Part shown: positions 13,491 to 56,700 of the stretch, one piece after another
Position numbering within the stretch: the stretch's first letter is position 1
How the letters are laid out: the number at the start of each line of letters is the position of its first letter
DNA from: Phoronis australis
Lineage: Eukaryota; Animalia; Phoronida
Length of the DNA: 64,000 bases
Direction: 5' to 3'
Assembly (NCBI GenBank): GCA_002633005.1
Contig: NMRA01000096.1
Span: 1 to 64,000 of the forward strand
Position numbers and translations under genes: made by a program
Notes under the pieces: model-generated
The model's input: only the letters and a program-made list of their open reading frames with translations
Database searches by the model: none
What the model was told of the DNA's origin: nothing

Positions 13491-14329
13491 ACAGATATAA
13501 ATTATTTAAGTATTAAATTATTTTATGTAGGCTATACTGCTTCGTCCTCATTATCATATTGATTGGATTCTCGGGTCAGTGACCCTCTTTGTTCTACGAT
13601 TATTGGTTTAATTGTACCGCGTGATCTCTTTGTCTCGTCGCAACACTGGGCCATCGTCCACAATTCTCTCCAAATTTCAGTTTTCACTCAATTTCTCTTT
13701 CCCTCCCTCCCACAAACCAATTTTAAGGTCATTAAGTAGTATACTTTAAGAATCTAAAAAGTTCCCAAGGTTTGATTTGCACGTTTTCGAGAAATTTGAC
13801 CTCAAAAATCTTTTTGCAAAATTTGACACAGAAAAAATCCAACAACACTGGACAAAAACTGAATGATAAGCTGATTGGGTTTTGTTCATTTGAAGTTAAT
13901 GAACAAGGAAAGTGATAAATATTATGACATTAGGCGGAAAATTGCTCAAAAAAGGTTAAATTTTAGCAGCGCCTCCTGTTGGCCAGAAAACATACTACTG
14001 TATTCTGAACTCCTGCAAAAAGAACTATAATACTGTTAACCATTTGGAACTTGATAAAGATTTGACATCACAACCTACATGTAAACACCATACATTTCCA
14101 ATTCTTTTGCAACAAATTTTCTGTCATCAATTTCATTAATTGTCATAATTAATTAACGTTATCCCACATTGCAGTTCACTGTCAACTGTCACAGGAAACG
14201 ACACCGAGTAGCATGTCATGAGCATGATAAAATGGCATATTTTCCATTAGGTTGAAAATTTAAAGTTCTTTAACAACATAACATACACTTATTATGTTTC
14301 TTCATCCAGTCCATCATCATTTATATCAT

Positions 14330-16330
14330 CATTATTGTCATCAAAAGTTGTTTTTTGACTGAGACACCGTGTTCACACAGTCTGGACAGTCACACAACTT
14401 AGAACATGGCATGCCTGACTCCAAACAAGAGCACATTTTTTTTACTACAACCACTTCTTTTACACTTACCATTAACATTTTTCATGGCTTTTTCTGGGGC
14501 TAAAGGCAGAGTCATCCAGTGGAGCATCATACTACCCCGGTCCAAAAGCCACCCATTAGCAACTTGAACTGGAGATGGTACACTGACATGCTGTTGCAAG
14601 GCTCGTTTGTGAATGGCACACTGGTAGTTTTCTCTTTTAGCATGTAGCAGCAAGCAATCATTATAACGAGGCAGACCACAAATTTTAACCTGAATATGTG
14701 GTAGCGTGCTTTATTAAGTGTTGATGACTCGCCGAACAGCTTGCATACAAACGGTTCAATGTCTTCCATGAGTTAACCAGGAAACACAAATTTTGAGCCC
14801 AACTTTAATGGCAAAGACATAGGTAAAAAATATCTCTGCAAGCCTGCACCCTACCGAAAATAAAAAAAAGTTTTAGAAAAACACGAATACCGTTTCATCT
14901 AAACACCTTGTTACAGTAATCCTATTTAACTGAAATAGATACCCGGTAACCAAAATAATCTTCACTTTAGCACACAGTATGGCCAACAACTGAAATTTCA
15001 TTTTGTCTAAGTGCTCCGCAAAAATAAGCATTAAGAGAAATGAGCATCATTACAACCACTGATTGCACTGTGCAGCTGCCTTCAAACAATTTAAAACATA
15101 GAAACATTTTTATCATCCTTAATACAGTAGTTCAGCCTTTGAAAATAGAGGAATGGTCATGTTGGCAATAGTTTTTGTTTGAAATTGAAAAGCGTCTTTT
15201 TTACTGTATAGCTAAAATTTCATTTGACGCTTCCTGTTTTAAATAGCAAATAATTGGAAAATTTCCTTTGCTAAAAACTCCAATTCAAGAATCTTCAAAC
15301 TGTGAGATACTGAAATCTGTGCAGCATTTGAATTTTCAAGATAAATAAATTACAGAACACAGGCAATATTTCCATTTTTATATTTCTCAAATTCCAAACA
15401 CTGCTCATGATTTTACATAAAAGGATTTCAAAATAGGCTTAGAAGTTCATAAAAAGCAGTGCCGATCACTTACATGTAGATAAAAACTACTGCCAGTATA
15501 ATTGAGATTGAGACCACTATTACTACAAATTTATCAAGCAAAATAATTTTTGTTCTGTGACTTAAACTAAAAATTATTTACCACAAATGACACCTTTTCA
15601 AATTAAGAATAGGTAGGCGTATTTACAATTGAATGTTTGGAACTGGGATAGGTTTTCAATTTTTCTTTTGTCTGTGAAGTTCCCCTGTGATGAAATCTGA
15701 TTTGTTGCAAATGGTTCATTGTGGTTGCAATACGGTATATTTCTTTGAGCACTGTTACATGAAAATGTAATTTTCTAGTTGGCTCAACATTATTTCCATC
15801 ATCAGCTTGGTCTTCTTCTTTTTTAAGAGCTCTTTCAATTTTTGTTACATCCGTTCAGTGTCTGTAACACTGCTTGTGATAGAAGCATGCACGCATCAAG
15901 CCTAAAACTCAGGGGCTTGAGTTTTTGAGAATGTGGGCATTTATTACGATTCACGGGTGCTTCAGAGCTACAAATTGTGCTTTCGTCGAATTTTGATAGT
16001 TGCTACCTTTTTAGTGAACTTTTGTCTCATTTTCTACTTTTTCGGAGTTTTTGTTTCTCTGAGGCAAACAATTTTACCCATTTTACCAAATGGAGAATGC
16101 TCGTTCAAGCCCCCGAGCCCCCACCCCTGGATGCGCGCATGACAAGAGCTCTGTTTTTTTCACAAACACTTAAAAACTCCATGCACTCAATGTTGATCCG
16201 TTTGTTTGTAGTAGCCTTACACCAGGTACTATCTGAAAATTCCAGCTCAGAAATTTGAGCAGAAGCTGAAACGTGAATGCAACAAGGGGCAGATATCTTG
16301 CCAGTCTATTGTGAAGTCGCACACTGGTTC
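14330..16330 (-). mobile_element. Degenerate AcademX-like DNA transposase relic
   Basis: Frameshifted C-terminus EPFVCKLFG..STLNKARYHIF...LLHAKRENYQCAIHKRALQQ..PSP..NGW...HWMTLPLAPE...KCKRSGC followed by a Cys-rich finger (XPG-like tail plus Cys8 finger); N-terminal-like piece FYHKQCYRH*TDVTKIERA at ~15830-15885. Confidence 0.6.
15886..16141. mobile_element. Short MITE (hAT-like termini) inserted in the Academ relic
   Basis: TIRs CATGCACGCATC and GGATGCGCGCATG; no clean 8-bp TSD. Confidence 0.5.
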
Positions 16331-16464
16331 AATAATTCATGGTTTCAGCAGAGTCCTAGCTGTCCCAAAACTGTTCTTTGTCAAACACAAAATGATTCAG
16401 GAATGTGCCAAGAATTGTTTCAGTATGATGACACTGTGGCCACTTGATTTGGCTTTCCTCAATT

Positions 16465-16634
16465 CCTAACTGCTGCCTGCTGGTTTTTGAACCTTGGCCC
16501 TTGGTAATTGCCTATTACTTGCACACCCATCCAAGAATTAATACAATCCAATGTAGTCAGTTAGCAGTAAACAAGCTAGCTAAGCCAGCAGGATAACATA
16601 GATCGCGCGTGCTTTACCACTGCACCACCAGGAC
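16465..16634 (-). mobile_element. tRNA-derived SINE head
   Basis: Minus strand GTCCTGGTGGTGCAGTGGTAAAGCAC (A box) and GGTTCAAAAACC (B-box-like); related head at ~60297 on +. Confidence 0.45.
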
Positions 16635-19600
16635 TTCAATCGTAATTTGTTACTAAGAGACCTACTTGTTTATGGTCCACAGCGTTTCCGCGCAAAACCT
16701 ACTGCTTTTTGTAATGCTTATTATACTTTTTATGTTTTGTGCAATCAGTATCAGTTCGTAACAAATTTGTTGTATTTAAAATAGTCTTCAATTGCCCAAA
16801 AGACCAAATCCGTTTTTTGTGTTAGCATTAATGACGCGATTGCTTTGGAAATTATGAGTTTCTGAGTGATTCACTAAGGCTTCGATTAAAATTCACATCT
16901 TACCAGCAGCTTCTGTTTTTTCATCGTCACTCAGATTCCATTTTCTTTAAAAAAAGAAGTAAATTTTCTTCATTGCACAGTGAGGCAGACGACGGAAACG
17001 GAGTCGTAGTGCGCAGCGCCACTGCCGGTCGCCTGGGATATCGCGGGAGAGCCTATGCTTAGCCATAGTTCCATTACGATTGCACCGTGTTCCGAATCTG
17101 ACACTTGAAATTAGATCTGAGCCCCTCCCCCCAAACACACTAAAACTGCACACATTTAAATCTTGTTTCAGCTGTATAATGTTAATTACCGGGGTTAATT
17201 AGTAAACTCAACATTTCCCTACGCTCTTGCTGTTTTTATTTTTTATTTGCGGCAGCCAAGGGGGGGGGGGGCGGGCCCCCAGCGCTCCCCTTAAATCCGC
17301 CTATGTTATAAATGAAAATTTGTAATATTTTGACGCCCAGATATTATGCTTCCTATCGCTTTCTAGGCAGCACCTGGCCCGGTGCCTAATGTCAGATTTA
17401 AACTCGAACTCAGACTCGAAAATTTCTACTCGAAATCTGTCTCAGTCGAGTAGAAACGAAATCGCGTGCCTAATGTTCATTTTCGACTCGAAATCGGGTT
17501 TACTCCACAGGCGTTCTCAGCTTCTGATCGTCCCCAATACGTTATATAACACTACAAGGTATGACACTCGGGACTAGAAATTCCACGGGTGCTTCGATTC
17601 CGTCGTCCATATCAAACACACAACTCAATAAATTTACATAAAATAGGGGTTCAACAAACCATGAGAAATTGTTCTTTCATAAAATAAAATTCACGGTGTC
17701 CTCAGTGCTCCAGCGAGTTCGCAAGAAATTCGCTGTCAAAGCACAAAAATGTTCCCAAAAAGCTCAAACACACTTTGCACTTTGTCAGTTAGAGGTCAAG
17801 GGAGGTACGGAAATTAAAAACCCAATCCCGTATTGCGTCGTTTAGAACAGTGCATAAATCGAACTGTCTGAAAGTTCGTTTGAGTCCGATTATCCATTTC
17901 AAAGTTATTATATTTCCAAATATAGCAAAATATGGATATTTCCGTTGGGTTCGTAACATGTTCAAAACCCAGTTAGGAAAACTGTGCTATGTTGCCATGG
18001 TTTTAAATCACATACTCCAGTGGCGGATGGGTTCAGGGGGTTTAACCCCCCCTTGGGCCAGGACCCAAAAATAACAAAAAAAAAACAACAAAAACGTCTC
18101 CAGCAAAACAAAAACCACACCGCTAGTGTGTGTAAACCCCACGTAGGAAAAAATTGAGGATTGACCGCTGAAATCGCAGTTCTATAGCTGATTTCTTTAG
18201 GTAACTAGCTTCTTTACTCTAAGATATGTTTTGATTTGATTAAGGGAAATACTGTGGTGCCGCAACCCTAATATTCAGGCGAATTGACGTGCAACGTTTT
18301 TACCTCTCTGTCATGCCGTGTGATTCTATTACACTCCACACGTTTGTAACTGATGTATAGTAAAGTTGTCTTGCGCAATATCTTACAGTGTACATGAAGA
18401 CGTAATATTTTTGAAAAAAAAATCTTTTTCCGAAGAATTGCTGTTGTGGCGGGCGCCGTGGTCTGGTCGCGAGTCCGTTTGAAGATACACCCTAACAAGT
18501 TATGTCTATACAAAGAATGACCAAGGGGATAGTCACATTGACAAACATGACCGCATTCGGCGCGAACAGTGTACAGTAATACAAATTGCGTTGAGTCTTG
18601 CGGGACTCGTGCGATGTTCAATAGGCCTCCTAAGGAGTCCTAGTTCCGACCTCAACACCTCCCGTCTTTCTACCTGTAATAAGCACACTGCCGTCTTCTA
18701 TACTGGGAATTTCCGCAAAAAGGCCCACCCGATGAAACGCTCATGCCCATGGGCATTTATTTGATGTTAGTACTTCGGGTTTCAAGTGTTCAGACATTTT
18801 GGTCTTTTTGTGATTGCTTGGACTTGTTTATGAGTCAGAGAACTGAGTTTAAAGGTCATGAGTGTAGAACTACGTTCATCCGTAGCCGCCTTGTTAAGGT
18901 AGAATGCAGCAGTGTCACGCTAAAAACAAAAACAAACCCAGTTCACGATTTTATATTTACTAAATTTATTTTAATAACTTAGTCTTGAGCTGAGCAATAT
19001 AGCACCATCTAATCAATACAAGCAGTAACAGCCGAATTTCGCCCAGTTTAGCTGCCAATGTTGAATTCTTAACCGAAGCGCTAAGGGGTTTACAATGCTC
19101 TCACCATCTTGAATTGTTGTCAAATAGCCGGCAACTTGGGCTACAGGGCAATGAGCATGTGCATTATTTTCGAAATTATTTTCAATTCTAATGTTTGCCA
19201 ACCCCGAAAACTCCCTGTGAAGCGTTTTCTTAAGTCACAGGAGGTTTCCCTGTTCTTGTTGATAATGGACATAGATAGAATCCTATCATCATAAGAAATA
19301 GTATGAAACACAATAAATGAGAGTAAAAGCGAGTTTTCGTTTGTTTGCCAGCTAAAAACGGGGCGAAATGCAGTTTTCCATGAGAAACAAGATAGTCTCC
19401 CACACTATGCCCTAGAAAAACACTGGAATGATTTACAGTGGTGATAGTAATTCCAACAGCAATCGGGAATATCCACACAACATTTCAGTTGTTCATTACT
19501 GGCTCCCAAAAATGAGAAAATAGTTAAGAGTCTCACTCCTTACAAAACTTTGATCATTTCTTCATCAAGTAAGAAGTTAATGGAGATGTGGCATTGGCCA

Positions 19601-20973
19601 CGTTAACTTCTTACTTGATGATGGAAAACAGAGTTCAGGCAGTTTGTTCTAACTCTAAAAATAACTTTAAAAACTAGATACTCAGCACAGATGGCCAGTA
19701 GTATTCACATTTGTTAGTTCCTGTAAGCACGTTTTGCAATACTATCAAACACACTTTGCCTCTTGAAATCAAAAATATTTCTGAATCCTGAATACTGTTA
19801 CATTGTTGGAGTCTACTGTCCCAAAAATGTGACTCCCAAATTGAGAGGGATAATCTTATAAACAAGCCAAACAATAAAACATAACAATGATAAATCATGA
19901 AAAGTATTGTCAATCAAACCCTGTTGAGGAAGAAGCACTGACAATTTGTTATGTTACAAGTGGCTCGATGGAGAGCGTCACCAATGCCAAGTTTGATGAG
20001 TGACATTACAGTAAACTCCCAGTACCATTTTGCTACAACAAGGTACTGGTCAAGAGGAATACCACAATAACAAAGATCCTTCTATGTAATAGTTATAGAA
20101 CTGATGAACCATCTATGCTTGATCCCATTCCTCACAGATAGCACCCTACATTAATTAAACCACTTAGCATTCAAAACAGGGAGAGTCATTTTCCTACTCA
20201 CTACCAAGTATGCAGCTGTAAGACTATGGAATAAAGGAGGCTAACACAAGTTTATCGCAAAGTCCCATGCAGTGTCATCTTTGAAAACCATTTGCTTCAT
20301 GTTTGTGGTGGAACCCTTTGCTTTTATTTTGAACATATCCAGTTAGCATTCCTAATATACATGATGAGGACCAAATGGGATTCACTGAGTACACTAACGA
20401 AAAGATACATCACCGCAAACATCATTTATTCCCGTTCAGAGTTAGCAATTTCAGCTTGACCAACTAAGAGCCGAGTGGGAGTTTAGTTTTTATTCCAAAA
20501 ACATGGATCAACGTGGTTGGTAAGAAATGGACACCACACAACCATGTGTCGACCCCATTTCAATGCTTATTGCTCATCTAAATATTTAATGACTAGATGT
20601 GACATAGCGTACAAATTACAACTATCTTCTCAGTTCAACTGTGACCCTTGCCATAAAGGTGTTTAGTTCGGATCCCTTAATTGCACCTGAAGAATTCCAT
20701 CTTCCAATAATTTCTAACCTTTTGCAGAAATTATGTACACGTGAATGAACACACAAATATTATCCTCAAGCCAAAACATTTTGAAAGTATTTTTATAAAG
20801 TATGTATTTTCCTCAACTTCCAGGACATTAACTTGAATTGATTGTTAGGGTACATACTCAATCCACATTTTCCTCAAAGCCAGATTAATGCCCACGTTCG
20901 GTGCAAGTACCAACATAAACTGTACTCTCTCTTGGAAGCCCAAAAAAAAATCGTAAATTTGTCTTCGAGCATT

Positions 20974-52011
<31,038 letters not shown>

Positions 52012-53029
52012 CTGCAAAGATAAAAGAAGCCAAGAGCTATGAATGACGTAAACAAACCCTGAGCTCAGGCCACTGACTTTACTGAAGACAGAATGATAAA
52101 GACAACCAATTACATTGAACAACTGCAGTCGATTGTCATCATGTTTATCTGTGCGTAATAGAAACTGGACTGATAAGATGACAGGTGAAATTTATACTTG
52201 TAATTTTTACAATATCTCTGGCAGTAGCAAAAGTCATCATCAGATAAAGTGGACAAGAACTAGTCGGGATTCACCAGAGGAAACTGAAAGGGTAGAAGTG
52301 TATCTAGGATATCATTGCACATCCAGGAAATATTAATAATTAAGACGATAAAAATGCCACCATGCACAGCAATTTCCCAGTTACATTTTGAAAAAAGAAA
52401 TGGGGTTAGGGGAAAAACATAGCACTAGTTAAAGACAAGTCTATGTTCCACAGTTGTAGTTGAGATTTATGTCTACAACAAAAAACTGATTAAGATGCTG
52501 AAAGACATGACAAATTGGTTACTGAGGAATGTAAATTAATTTCATGGTACCTAAAATTATGGAAGCGTTGCTACAAGGGATAATTATACTTTTAATGGCT
52601 TCATTTTACTAAATTATATTAAGAGTCTTGTATACAACAGACTAAAATAAAGAGTTGTCACAAATTTTGCTGGTTTAAGCTTTATTAAAAAATCAAAAAT
52701 GAGATGGGAAATACATTTAACCTTTCTATATTTTTTGAAAAGGACATTACGTACACTTCAATTTCATAAAAGAACGTTTCATTTTATTTTACTGCGCTTT
52801 ATCAACAATATTTCGTTGCTCTTACCATTTCTCTACTTTCAGTGTAAAAAATCCAACAGATCTTTTATGAGTAATTCCGAACAAATGAACTGCTAAAATT
52901 ATGAACTACGCAGCTGTGTGTATGAGGAATGTCAAGGTAAATCACTGGGAAGCAATGTTTACAGTGTCATAACTTACATTGCCACTAGCACTGGAAACAC
53001 AGTGAGTGTCTTACCACAATTAAGAGATC

Positions 53030-53700
53030 TTATGCAACAAGGGATATTATTAGGCAAGATGTCACCAAAACCTGGGGAACGGAAATGAGGCAAGGATGTC
53101 TTCCAATTCCTGTTTACAAGTCAACTAGTACAGGCAGCCAGAGCAAACCAAGAAAATCTGCATGACATGCCCCATTATTACTCAATCAGGCCTGCCAAAG
53201 AAATCAAACGCTATCCTATTACAAGTACAAGGCATCCAGCTCATAATCTTTGAACTTCAACCCAATTTACAACTTTACTTCATTCCACCAAGATGAATTA
53301 ATTGGCTGATATCGGGACCAATCGAAACAAGTAAATGAGTGATTAATGACATGACATCACCAACACAGCTGAGGTAATTGTTATTTATGGCTTACTAACA
53401 TAGATGCAACACTTTCTAAACTTTTTGACATCAGCAATATCTATTATTGAATCTCCGCCTGTCAATAACTTCACCAGATTGACCAATGATAGGTCACAAC
53501 ACCAACAGGATCAGGGGGAAGGACGTTTTGAGGGAATTTCCTCAGTGAATAGAAAGAAAAACTATGTATTGGCTATGCTTACCACAGGACTACAGGAAAA
53601 TGGGACCATCGGGGGAATTAGGGCTTAGAACTAAGCAGTGCAGAGGTGTACAGCATGTATATAACATGGATCAACCACTTGCTGCTTCATTCATTCAAAC
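53030..53700 (+). promoter_or_regulatory. Promoter of the nested secreted-protein gene: kB site, TATA box, Inr-like element
   Basis: GGGAATTTCC at 53532-53541; TATATAA at 53658-53664; TCATTC Inr-like ~30 bp later; TGACATCA at 53352 and 53426; TTATGCAA at 53030. Confidence 0.6.
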
Positions 53701-53754
53701 CTTGCAAAGGCATCAAGAGAAGACCAGTGCAAGAGACAGACATACAAGAACAAG

Positions 53755-53779
53755 ATGAAGACCACCACCATCAACACAA
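53755..53779 (+). CDS. Nested gene exon 1 (MKTTTINT)
   Basis: caagATGAAG...ACAA|gtaagt, phase 1. Confidence 0.75.
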
Positions 53780-56700
53780 GTAAGTTGCAAAGATACAGAA
53801 CATATTTCCAACTTCAAATATTTTTTGGTTCCTTTCAAATGGGACAGTGAAGCTTGAGAAAAAGGATGCATTTTTATTTTTTATTTCTTGAGAGAAAATA
53901 GTATAGTTTTAAAATTTTTAATTAGAGAATGCCATATTTCACATTGAAGTTTCTCTTGTAATTTTGAACAGCTACTACTAAGCCTTGGTATTTTAATCAT
54001 GGACAACTTTTAAGGAAAACAATTACTCAGTTACGTGGCACTCAAAAATTTACTTTCACCACAAAAATAGTCTGTGAGTGAGAGAAGTGCAAATAAAGTA
54101 GATCAATTTTCAAAACGTCGACAAATTTTACTGAAATTCAACTGACGGAAATCTGACAAAAAATCAACTTACATTATATCACCTGAAAATTAGCCAGAAA
54201 TTTTTAGGTCTTACATTTCACCAATTTTAAACAAGAACAATGTCACTTTTGAAAACCATTACAGAACAAAAATGTTTAAAAATCCTTGTCGAGTAAAATA
54301 TCTTTTTAATAAATACGCAAGGTCATCCATTCACTTTGAATGAATTCTCTTTGTTGATGACATTCAAACAATTTACGATTTCCTTTCACAATTTTTATCA
54401 GTTTAAGCCACTGTACTCCTCTGCACTTCAGGTCAGCATCAACTATAAACACGTCAGACTTATGAGTTATGTATGTTTCATAGCATCATAACAAAAATAG
54501 GGAAATTAGATCATAGTTCCTGTAATAGCAACAAAAATATTACATAATGTGCTAAAATAACTAGACATTAGGAGGGTGATCCAAGGATAAATGCTAAAGC
54601 AAACTTGGAAAAATGTGTAAGATTAATTGAAAATATGTGCTTTAAATCGTCTACATTTTCTTTTTTAATTCTAACCTCTCAAGACATTCATTCTGTGACA
54701 ATTTTGAATAGCAGAAGTTTCAATCCGCTTGAAAAGATTTTTATAAGAATGCGAGTTGCAAAAACACAGCACGGTTGTCAGCAACCTTAATTCATTATAT
54801 CTTGTGACTGTTATAAAAAAACATACATCACGGTTGTCAGCAACCTTAATTCATTATATCTTGTGATTGTTCTAAAAAACATATATCACGGTTGTCAGCA
54901 ACCTTAATTCATTATATCTTGTGAGTGTTATAAAAAAACATACATCTCTCAAATCTAGTTGCTTTTATTGTAGACTGTGTAGCCATATTGGTCTTCCTGA
55001 GCCTGTATGTGGCGAGCCGAACCACTGCTATGCCAACAAGACGAACATCAGACATTCCAACAACATTCCACCACAGAACTCCATCAACAAACCATGACAT
55101 TACTCTGACAACCGGACCGATGTTAAGAAGAACTGACAGTGATGCAAGGGAGACAACTGTCCATTCGTCAGACTTTACTTTGTTAAAAGCAATGTCCTCT
55201 GGCACAAGAAACCAGACAACCCGAACTGTTGCGACAGTGAATGCAGCCACGTCCCTTTTGGATACACTCTTTCCCAAAGATTCGACCAATCAGCACCAGG
55301 CAACATCCCGCTCAACCGTAATTACTTTGAATGGCGGCGCAACCAGTGAGGATGAAGATTTGGTCGATACACTGGCATGGCAAATGAAAACGGAATTGAT
55401 TACGCGGAATGGAACAGCATTTAAAGCTCTTCATAACTACGTAAGTGCACTGCTGTTATGTATTAAAAACTGCTGCATCAGGAATACATTTCACCATATT
55501 ATAAACAAAGCAGAGTCCATTTACCCTGGTCATTTCTAAATATTATATGTCTTTTTGTCGTGATGTAAGTTTCTTTACAAGTAAATGTTTGTCAAGTTTC
55601 ATTCCTCAAATGCTCCGATTTAATGACACCAAAAATCAATTAGTAAAATCAATGAGTTTTAATTAGAGTATATAAACAAACTACTTCACAAGCACTGTCT
55701 TTAACTTTTACTGATAGAAACAATGTTCCTAATTATCAATGGTAGGGAGTTTCAACTCACACTTTTGATATTTATTAAGACACATATTATGAGACACGGC
55801 TAAATGTTACAAAGAAAAATGAAACAAAACAAAATGAAACAAAACAACTGATGTGAACTGAACAACATTTTCATTTCCAGGTAAAGGAATACAGCAGTCT
55901 CTTCACCAGTAACTCTATTTATGAGTCTCTCCAAACTCAGATAAGACACTGGGCTAAAGAACCAGACTTCCAGCTGCCAGCGGTGTCTTCGTCTCTCATG
56001 CCTAGAGCAAGCAAACAGGTGTGTTGACAAATTTTCATGAAATATGGCAGAAAATTTTCCTTAATACCTGCTTCGTTAAACACTCTAACACACTGATTCT
56101 TTGAAACACAGGCGCTTGAGTTAATCTATTCCTCGATCGCAAATGACGTCACTCAATACTAATCGGGAAATTTGAGCACCTGTGCATTGAATTTGTAAAT
56201 CTTGAACCCGAGTGGAAATACAGATCACAAATATTTTTAAGTCTGCTCTGCATGCCACCTGTTAGCCACCTCATTTATGGGCATTATGTCACGTGATGTG
56301 ACCAACAGGTGGCGTGCTGACCACACTTAAAAATGTTGGCAATACTGATTCCAATCAACCGCTGATTTTTCTCAGTCTCTGAAAAGTCCTAAGTTCTCAT
56401 TGTTACAAACCTCACTGAAAAGTCTCAAGTTCTCAGTCAATAGATTGTGGCTTTCAGAGACCTCTATTATTATGTAATCAAATGTAAGCATGTATAAAAA
56501 TAATTATTTTAATGATGATGACGATGATGACAATAAAGATGACAGTGATCCTGTCTGCAGTTACTATTAGTTTTTAAGGACCACAAAACTTGAGGGATAG
56601 ACCTCTATTTAGTTGTTATGTCCAGTGTGCAAGGGACAAATATCCAAGTATCAAACAATTCAGTGTGAATTGTAAGTAACCCTCAATACCCTGGGAAGCC

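Noticed and set aside
16465-16634. Functional tRNA gene
   Set aside because: A and B boxes are ~130 nt apart, no clean cloverleaf or acceptor stem, and a related degenerate copy lies at ~60297, so it is treated as a SINE.
54912-55289. 125-aa hydrophobic minus-strand ORF
   Set aside because: Antisense shadow of the Thr-rich exon 2 of the nested gene.
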